From NCBI GenBank assembly GCA_943356775.1, contig CALRFU010000002.1:1-46523 (forward strand): a DNA stretch of 46,523 nt. The letters are read 5' to 3'. Each line of letters begins with the position of its first letter. Position 1 is the stretch's first letter. Made by a program: the position numbers and the translations under genes. This stretch comes from Candidatus Nomurabacteria bacterium. Its GTDB lineage: Bacteria; Patescibacteriota; Minisyncoccia; Phycocordibacterales; UBA2100. Below the pieces are notes generated by a model. The model saw only the letters and a program-made list of their open reading frames with translations. It was not told where the DNA came from and did not search any database. Positions 36,989 to 43,469 of the stretch are shown here, piece after piece.

Positions 36989-38251
36989 ATGACCAAACGC
37001 GAAAAACTCTCTACCGAAAATTATAAAGGTGTGCGCGATTTTTATCCTCAAGACCAGTTCATTCAACGCTATTTGTTTGAGCACATGGAGCGTGTCTGTG
37101 AACTTTTCGGCTACGAAGAATATAGCGCCTCGATACTCGAACCGGCCGAGCTCTACCGCGCCAAGACGAGCGAAGAAATCGTAAACGAGCAAACGTACAG
37201 CTTTACCGACCGCGGCGGCCGCGAGGTCACCCTACGCCCGGAGATGACGCCGACCTTCGCACGCATGGTCGCGGCACGACAACGCGATATTCCCCTCCCC
37301 GCACGGTGGTACTCGATTCCCAATGTCTTCCGCTATGAGCGCCCGCAGAAGGGTCGCCTACGAGAACACTGGCAGCTCAATGCCGATATCGTGGGTGCTG
37401 AAGGTGTTGAGGCCGATGCCGAAATAATCGCCGTTGCCCACGGTGTCATGCGCTCCCTCGGAGCCGACGAACGCAATTTTGAGATACGGGTATCAGACCG
37501 CCGGATTCTCGATGCCATCTACCACTCCGTCGGTATCGCAAAAGAGTACACGGGCAGCGTCACCAGACTCCTCGACCGCCGTGCAAAGATTGGGGACTTC
37601 GAAAAGGAGCTCACTACCCTTATTGCTCACGAGGAAAAAGCGATAAAACTTATTGAGGAGCTTGAAAACATCACCTCAACCGCCTATCTCGAGGAATTGC
37701 GTGTCGCACTCGAGCGCCTCGGCGTACGCAATATGGTTGTTGATACCTCCATCACGCGCGGTTTTGATTACTACACCGGGATGATTTTCGAGGTGTTCGA
37801 TACCGATGAGAGTAACCGTCGCTCCCTCTTCGGTGGCGGCCGCTACGATAGTCTCTTAAGCCTCTTCGGAGGAGATCCCATTCCTGCCGTAGGGTTCGGC
37901 ATGGGTGACGTCACCGCACGGGATTTTCTTGAGACACACAACCTCTTGCCTACCTACACCCCGTCGACCGAGCTCATGATATGCATCGTCGAGCCCGAGG
38001 CCACATCGCATGCGGTACAGCTCGCACAGGGATTGCGTCGCGAAGATGTGACGACTGCAGTCAACTTCTCCGGCAAGCGCATCGGCGACCAGATACGGGG
38101 TGCCGACAAAATGAAGGTTCCGTTCGTTATTGCGGTGGGTGCAAAAGAACGCGATTCTGGGCGCTACACGCTCAAAAATCTTGCATCGGGAGTAGAGATA
38201 ACGCTCCCCGCTGACCGCATCGCGGAACACCTCTTTAGTTCTCTTGGCTAA
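36989..38251 (+). CDS. hisS: Histidine--tRNA ligase
   Basis: KGVRDFYP, LRPEMTP, FRYERPQKGRLREH.Q, RGFDYYTG, GGGRYD, AVGFGMG. Confidence 0.97.
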   Translation: MTKREKLSTENYKGVRDFYPQDQFIQRYLFEHMERVCELFGYEEYSASILEPAELYRAKTSEEIVNEQTYSFTDRGGREVTLRPEMTPTFARMVAARQRDIPLPARWYSIPNVFRYERPQKGRLREHWQLNADIVGAEGVEADAEIIAVAHGVMRSLGADERNFEIRVSDRRILDAIYHSVGIAKEYTGSVTRLLDRRAKIGDFEKELTTLIAHEEKAIKLIEELENITSTAYLEELRVALERLGVRNMVVDTSITRGFDYYTGMIFEVFDTDESNRRSLFGGGRYDSLLSLFGGDPIPAVGFGMGDVTARDFLETHNLLPTYTPSTELMICIVEPEATSHAVQLAQGLRREDVTTAVNFSGKRIGDQIRGADKMKVPFVIAVGAKERDSGRYTLKNLASGVEITLPADRIAEHLFSSLG

Positions 38252-38253
38252 GT

Positions 38254-39498
38254 ATGAGTGAGATGCTGCGGCCCGAGCAGTGGGGTGAAAATCTTCGCGA
38301 ATTGCCATCGGAGCAATGGACCCGCTATGCGGAGCTTCGTGCAAAGGGTCCGGACAATGAGCTCGCACCGCAAGACTTCCGGAAGGTCATCGAGTGCGAG
38401 ATGGCACTTTCGACCGTCGACAATCCGGGAATTAATGGAATATTCGACCCTGAAATTGAACTGAAAGAAATTCGATCGCTCGCGCACGACAAAAAAGAAG
38501 CTGCGCTCGAAACCTTCAAAGACAAGCTCGTTCGACAACGACGGGCTTTCATGCAGTGTCGATTGTTCATCGAGCGAACAATTCAATACGACCGTGATAC
38601 GGATTCGGAACAATTAAAAGATATCGGAGATTTTTTCGCCGACCGCTACGGTTTTTCTGGTTTTTCAAGAGGTCTGGTGCACGACCTCATCTACGCGTAT
38701 GAAGAACAACACAAGATGACGAGGGCATTCCGCGCAAAGTATTCCGACGTCGGTGAGCTCATCAAGGAACTGTGCGGTGTCTCCGTGAATGCGGGCACTG
38801 TGCAGATATCGGAAGGACCACTGAGTATTGATATCCTCACGGATCGCCCGACCGCAGAACGCCTCTACCCTGTAAACGGACCGGCTGGGGGGATGAGCAA
38901 ACAGTTCTGGGGCTTCCAGACCAGTAACCTCAAAGGTATCCACTATACGGTCGTCGTGAACGGCGGACCCCGTCGCGACGACACGCACATTCATGAACAA
39001 GAACATGTGAAAAACAAGGTTCTGCGAGATTTTTTTGACCTTGACGACCCTGAAAATACTACCGTTCCGAACATCAGAACGCGCATCAACAATGAAATTG
39101 ACCCTGAGGTACGCTCGGAGCTGCGGAAGGAGGAGTTGCGCATCATTCGCGACCGGGTGCTTGATAGAACTAAAGACGAGCTTACGGCGATGTTTAAGGA
39201 CGGTGCATCTGCATACTTCCATCGATTTTACGAAAAGAACGGTAATCCGTATGATTACCTGAAGGGCGAGCGCGATGAATACTACAAAAATCCTGACTAC
39301 GCCGAGCTTGCTCATGAAATCCTCGTTGAGGAGTATGAACGTGTTATCAAAGAATCAATCTTGGCGTTCGGAGAATTACGTAAGGTGGGCAATCACTCGA
39401 CCGATGAGGCAATTGCTCTTCTCACCGACATGCCGCTCGATCGCTGGCCGAGCACGGTGAGGCATTTGAGTGACTATGTATACAGGCACGGGCAGTGA
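38254..39498 (+). CDS. Hypothetical protein with an HExxH motif
   Basis: 414-aa charged ORF containing IHEQEH and a downstream KDEL.A. Confidence 0.75.
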   Translation: MSEMLRPEQWGENLRELPSEQWTRYAELRAKGPDNELAPQDFRKVIECEMALSTVDNPGINGIFDPEIELKEIRSLAHDKKEAALETFKDKLVRQRRAFMQCRLFIERTIQYDRDTDSEQLKDIGDFFADRYGFSGFSRGLVHDLIYAYEEQHKMTRAFRAKYSDVGELIKELCGVSVNAGTVQISEGPLSIDILTDRPTAERLYPVNGPAGGMSKQFWGFQTSNLKGIHYTVVVNGGPRRDDTHIHEQEHVKNKVLRDFFDLDDPENTTVPNIRTRINNEIDPEVRSELRKEELRIIRDRVLDRTKDELTAMFKDGASAYFHRFYEKNGNPYDYLKGERDEYYKNPDYAELAHEILVEEYERVIKESILAFGELRKVGNHSTDEAIALLTDMPLDRWPSTVRHLSDYVYRHGQ

Positions 39499-39520
39499 GA
39501 CGGAATGATATACTCCCGCC

Positions 39521-40096
39521 ATGCGCGTCGTGACATTTGATATCGAAACGGCGAATTGGCTTTCGGACATCGGGTCTTCAGACCCCGCGGACCTCACCAT
39601 CGCGCTCGTCTGCGTCCACGACTCGGAGACCGATACGTACTCAAGCTTTCTTGAACCGGAACTTTCTAAGATGTGGCCTATTTTGGAGCGTACTGACGTT
39701 CTCGTGGGATACAACTCCAATCACTTCGACATTCCGCTTTTGAACAAATACTACCCCGGCGACCTCACCCGGATACAGAGTCTCGATATCATGCAGGAGG
39801 TTCATTCTGTAATAGGACGACGATTGAAACTTGATTCAATAGCGGAAGGTACCCTCGGGGAGAAGAAGAGTGCTTCCGGCGCACAGTCTGTGCAGTGGTG
39901 GCGTGCGGGCGAGATAGAAAAAGTCCGCGATTATTGCCTCAAAGACGTCGAGATAACTAAAAAGATATTCGACTATGCGCTCAAGAATAATTCACTCAAA
40001 TACCAGGAGCTCGGTAAGGCCCGCGAATTCAAGCTCGACACCTCAAAGTGGCTCTCGCCAAGCGGCGGGGCGATGACGTTCACCCTGGGACTCTAG
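39521..40096 (+). CDS. RNase H-like (DEDD) exonuclease domain protein
   Basis: TFDIET, VGYNSNHFDIP, LKLDSIA..TLG..K, YCLKDVEIT. Confidence 0.88.
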   Translation: MRVVTFDIETANWLSDIGSSDPADLTIALVCVHDSETDTYSSFLEPELSKMWPILERTDVLVGYNSNHFDIPLLNKYYPGDLTRIQSLDIMQEVHSVIGRRLKLDSIAEGTLGEKKSASGAQSVQWWRAGEIEKVRDYCLKDVEITKKIFDYALKNNSLKYQELGKAREFKLDTSKWLSPSGGAMTFTLGL

Positions 40097-40099
40097 TGC

Positions 40100-40128
40100 T
40101 TGACCGATGGCGGGATAATCCGTAGGCT
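40100..40128 (+). promoter_or_regulatory. Putative sigma70 promoter
   Basis: TTGACC-17 nt-TAGGCT. Confidence 0.5.
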
Positions 40129-40202
40129 GATGCACTGGTGACGGGCTCTATTCCCGTTTGTTCAAACCGCGTTATTTTCGCTAAACGAAAGGGGAGGTCT
40201 GA

Positions 40203-40823
40203 ATGTCCAACATTACAATTATCCGGCTTTGGGGCCGGACCCTTGCAATCAATTGGGAGCTCGTGCGGAAATCTATCCCGACCGTGCTCAGTATGAGCAG
40301 AGTGCTCTCACCGGTGTATCTGGTGCCGCTCATCGTGACAGGACACCCGTTCGCCTTCACACTGGTGGCATCGGCGGCGGCCCTAACCGACTGGCTCGAC
40401 GGCGCCCTGGCCAGGCGGTGGAATGTCGCAACGCAACGTGGAGCCGAGTTGGACATCTACGGTGATAAGGTCTTGTGCTGTGTCCTCTTGGGCGCAGGTC
40501 TCACAAGCCCGGACGGATGGTCACATATTGCACCGACACTTATTCTGGTGCTGTATCACACTGTGGTCATCGTCGTGCGCGTTGTCGGCGACCTGCTTTT
40601 CAAGTCAAGCAGGATTGCCAAACTCAAGATGTTCTTCGAGATGCCTGCCCTTATCGCGTCGGCGACGTATCTCGATGCCTTCGGTCTGGCGTGGGTAAAT
40701 GATCTCGGCATGCTCTTCCTGTGGATGACGACGGTTCTCGCCACGTGGTCGATGTTGCACTATCTTTACCCGCTACAAGTCCCGGACTGGCCAGAGAAAT
40801 TCTGGCCAAGGAAATCATTGTGA
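40203..40823 (+). CDS. CDP-alcohol phosphatidyltransferase family protein (PgsA-like)
   Basis: TDWLDGALARRWNVATQRGAELDIYGDK signature; PTVLSMSR; AKLKM. Confidence 0.9.
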   Translation: MSNITIIRLWGRTLAINWELVRKSIPTVLSMSRVLSPVYLVPLIVTGHPFAFTLVASAAALTDWLDGALARRWNVATQRGAELDIYGDKVLCCVLLGAGLTSPDGWSHIAPTLILVLYHTVVIVVRVVGDLLFKSSRIAKLKMFFEMPALIASATYLDAFGLAWVNDLGMLFLWMTTVLATWSMLHYLYPLQVPDWPEKFWPRKSL

Positions 40824-40829
40824 ACCCTG

Positions 40830-40869
40830 ACGGCCCGGCCCCACATTAGGTCCGGGCCGGCCATTTTTT
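40830..40869 (+). terminator. Terminator of the CDP-alcohol phosphatidyltransferase gene
   Basis: CGGCCCGG...CCGGGCCG stem then TTTTTT. Confidence 0.7.
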
Positions 40870-40871
40870 AC

Positions 40872-41009
40872 TTTTGTGCTTGGGACTCAGATACTGGGAA
40901 ACCCTCGGTTTTCCCAGTCCTTCCTCCACGGGAAACTCCCGTTTCCCGACCCCTTCCCATTCTGGTCCCAATCCAGAAAACTCACTCTGTTCGTTTTTGT
41001 GCTTGGGAC
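40872..41009 (-). mobile_element. Small tRNA-Phe 3'-associated element bounded by 15-bp direct repeats
   Basis: TTTTGTGCTTGGGAC at 40872-40886 and 40995-41009; inverted 13-bp tRNA copy at 40959-40971; two internal hairpins. Confidence 0.6.
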
Positions 41010-41072
41010 CAGAATCGAACTGGTGACCCTTCCCTCTTCAGGGGAATGCTCTACCAACTGAGCTACCCAAGC
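41000..41072 (-). tRNA. tRNA-Phe(GAA)
   Basis: GCTTGGG/CCCAAGC acceptor, TTCCC-CTGAAGA-GGGAA anticodon arm, TTCGATT T-loop. Confidence 0.96.
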
Positions 41073-41146
41073 AAATGAGGACGCCTGTGTATGTAATACC
41101 CAAGCATCCGTGCCACTTTAGCACAGGATAGAAAGCCCTTCACCTC

Positions 41147-41449
41147 TTATTGAGGACTACTTGAAGAACCACCAAATTTTGCCTGAAAGTCTTTCCACAT
41201 CGTTTCGAAGCCACTCATCTGCGCCTGTGCCTTGGCTCCTGTCCCCTGTATCTGCTCTACCGTTTTGACCATCCTCTCTACCGTCGCGCTGAGATACGTC
41301 ATGTAGAACCATATCGGCGCAAGCAAGATTATGCCCCATATAACAAACTTGAATATTCCACCCGACAGAGCATTCCGCCGCATCTTGTGGAGCATGCGGT
41401 TATTCTCTTGAGTGAGACGGTACATCTCCTGCTGCATCTGTTCATCCAT
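41147..41449 (-). CDS. Small single-TM coiled-coil hypothetical protein
   Basis: LTQENNRMLHKMRR then one TM segment; TAAAAT -10 box 6 nt before ATG. Confidence 0.8.
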   Translation of the reverse strand: MDEQMQQEMYRLTQENNRMLHKMRRNALSGGIFKFVIWGIILLAPIWFYMTYLSATVERMVKTVEQIQGTGAKAQAQMSGFETMWKDFQAKFGGSSSSPQ

Positions 41450-41509
41450 GACTTTATTTTAGCATCTCAATCTGACTCTAAATGCCCTCGGCAGGCATAT
41501 CGGATTCTA

Positions 41510-41581
41510 TGCCCCCGCCAAGAGTCGGACTTGGATTCTCGCGTTAGGAGTGCGAAGTTCTATCCGTTGAACTACGGGGGC
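41510..41581 (-). tRNA. tRNA-Arg(CCT), slightly non-canonical
   Basis: GCCCCCG/CGGGGGC acceptor, loop CTCCTAA, T-arm CCAAG-TCCGACT-CTTGG. Confidence 0.88.
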
Positions 41582-42209
41582 CTGCGACAAGCATCTTATC
41601 AGCAACACCCTTATATAGACAATGGACAAGTTTCAAATGGTACGCACCTTTCTTTAACGTGATGCGACATATTCCATACTTTGTAGTACTTTTATTATGT
41701 TTATCGTGATGATTGATTCGAATCTGTGACAAGGGTACATTGACAACTTCTGCCCAGTATTTCCGGCAGACCAGGGCATCCATCGGAGCACATGTACGGA
41801 TCATGAAATCAAGCGCGTCGTTTTTTACACCAAGATTCGTTCTCAATATAAAAAGAAAGACGCGGATCATTCGTTCGTCAGTATTGGTAAATACAAAACT
41901 GCTTTTTGTGCCTTCGCTCCAATACAATGCTGCATACAAAATTGGCCATGCTGACTTGATATCAGTTTTCTCTAGGATTGAAGAGGCCTCTTTCTCAGCC
42001 CGTTCCCATTCACGGACTTTCTCTGCCCTGCTACCACCCAAGTATGATCGAATGGCTTTCCGTTTCTCCGGAGACAAATATATATCTTTTACGTGATGCC
42101 ATACATTCGTTTTTGACATCTGGTACTTAGACATCAATTGGGAGAGCGATATGCCTTTGGCACGATCTTTCTTCACGCCATTGATCACCGTAACCGGATA
42201 CCGTCGCAT
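41544..42209 (-). CDS. HTH plus LAGLIDADG-like protein overlapping the tRNA-Arg 5' half
   Basis: N-terminal HTH-like GISLSQLMSKYQMSKTNVWHHV; LYAALYWSEGTK..FVFTNTD..MI..F; YW; YGICRI; AT-richer than its flanks. Confidence 0.75.
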   Translation of the reverse strand: MRRYPVTVINGVKKDRAKGISLSQLMSKYQMSKTNVWHHVKDIYLSPEKRKAIRSYLGGSRAEKVREWERAEKEASSILEKTDIKSAWPILYAALYWSEGTKSSFVFTNTDERMIRVFLFILRTNLGVKNDALDFMIRTCAPMDALVCRKYWAEVVNVPLSQIRINHHDKHNKSTTKYGICRITLKKGAYHLKLVHCLYKGVADKMLVAGPRSSTDRTSHS

Positions 42210-42299
42210 CCGTCAATTATAGTACAGTGACGTCTGTAGACACAATTTCAGGTTGTAAATGTGTGCACAACGAAGAACGGTCGATTCCTACCGAGGGCA

Positions 42300-42542
42300 C
42301 TAGATAGCCAGAAGTTCGCGGAGCTTCGGCTCGTCGAAACCGACGATGAGGTCTTTGCCCACGGTAATCACCGGCACGCCCATTTGTCCGCTTTTCTCTA
42401 TCATTTCCTTACGCTTTTCAAGGTCAGTACCGACATTGTAATCGGTGAATGCGACGTTATTAGCAGTGAAAAAATCTTTCGCCGCGTGGCAGAAGTGACA
42501 TGTCGGGGTCGAATAAATGGTGACGTGCGGTTTAGTGGCCAT
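42300..42542 (-). CDS. Glutaredoxin-like protein (NrdH/YruB type)
   Basis: IYSTPTCHFC, SGQMGVPVI, IVGFD. Confidence 0.93.
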   Translation of the reverse strand: MATKPHVTIYSTPTCHFCHAAKDFFTANNVAFTDYNVGTDLEKRKEMIEKSGQMGVPVITVGKDLIVGFDEPKLRELLAI

Positions 42543-42604
42543 ATATTGTCATGCGCTTAACAATTATTAAGGACGGTCAGTATATCATAGGTACTTATCC
42601 ACAA

Positions 42605-42675
42605 TGCGGGTACGGAGAATCGAACTCCGATCTAGTGCTTGGGAAGCACTCGTTCTGCCACTAAACTATACCCGC
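42605..42675 (-). tRNA. tRNA-Gly(CCC)
   Basis: GCGGGTA/TACCCGC acceptor, AGTGC-TTCCCAA-GCACT anticodon arm, TTCGATT T-loop. Confidence 0.96.
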
Positions 42676-42706
42676 CTTCGCTGAAGCTGCGGCGAGGCAA
42701 GCCCGC
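42671..42706. repeat. REP-like short palindrome abutting the tRNA-Gly 5' end
   Basis: CCCGC-CTTCGCTGAAGCTGCGGCGAGGCAAG-CCCGC, with a CCCGC direct repeat on each side. Confidence 0.5.
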
Positions 42707-42738
42707 TTCGCTCGCACGTAAAATGTAACAGAATTCTC

Positions 42739-42930
42739 AAGCCCAAGCGAGAGCGGCTATGCTTCTCTACCGTGTCTCGCAATGCAACGACGCGACTGCC
42801 CGCACAAGCTTGTGCGTGCCTGACCCGCATCATGTCGGCATGCGGGTCCTTGCATCGAAACGTACTCGTTTCGATGTGAACCTTCTCCTATCGGCCGGCA
42901 GGCCGACAGTCGAACCGCCTTCGGCGGCAC
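42739..42930 (-). repeat. Multi-hairpin intergenic element (related to 5376-5501 and to the end of 4837-4966)
   Basis: At least five hairpins; same ordered motif as 5388-5472; AAGCCCAAGCGAG shared with 4837-4849. Confidence 0.6.
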
Positions 42931-42942
42931 CTCACCGTGGAT

Positions 42943-43317
42943 TCACCACCACGTAAACGTCTTTTTGAACCAGTCTACGAGAGTCGAGGTCGCATGAGTC
43001 GGTGCCACCGGAGGAGTATCAACAATAACGATGAGGCCCTCACCGCGAGCCGCGAGCGCGTACTGTTCGCGCAGTACCTGTTCCTTGCCGCGGTCCGTCT
43101 CCAAGCTCGCAATATTGCTATCGAGCTGCGTTTGTCGCTCTCTAAGGTCGTTAAGCTGTATTTCCGCCTCTTGTCGCAATGCATATGATTCCCGCTCTTT
43201 TTTATACGTGCTCCACACCCCCGCCCCGGCGATAATAATGAGGCTGAGCAGCCCCAGAAGGACAAGGCGCCTGCCAAAAAGGCGTACCGGGTTGTTCCTT
43301 GGACGTAAAACTGCCAT
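42943..43317 (-). CDS. Septum formation initiator (FtsB/DivIC family)
   Basis: TM segment + coiled coil + E..LRE.Y.LA..GE.LIVIV. Confidence 0.82.
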   Translation of the reverse strand: MAVLRPRNNPVRLFGRRLVLLGLLSLIIIAGAGVWSTYKKERESYALRQEAEIQLNDLRERQTQLDSNIASLETDRGKEQVLREQYALAARGEGLIVIVDTPPVAPTHATSTLVDWFKKTFTWW

Positions 43318-43340
43318 ACGGTATAATCGTACCATTATCT

Positions 43341-43469
43341 ATGAGTTTCCTTTTTCACAAACGAACCAAAAAAGTAGTCCAGTGGATGTGGGGCTTTGTC
43401 GCCATATTCGTATCTCTTGGTATGGTGTTCTTCTTTGCCCCCGGCCTCGTAACCCTGATTACGGGCTAG
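43341..43469 (+). CDS. 42-aa small membrane protein (below the ORF-track cutoff)
   Basis: MSFLFHKRTKKVVQWMWGFVAIFVSLGMVFFFAPGLVTLITG*; basic N-terminus + TM helix; TATAAT upstream; fills the ftsB-lepA gap. Confidence 0.65.
   Translation: MSFLFHKRTKKVVQWMWGFVAIFVSLGMVFFFAPGLVTLITG

Noticed and set aside
41510-42300. Group I intron or split tRNA housing the endonuclease-like ORF
   Set aside because: tRNA-Arg is contiguous and complete, and no intron core is visible; the ORF overlaps the tRNA rather than interrupting it.
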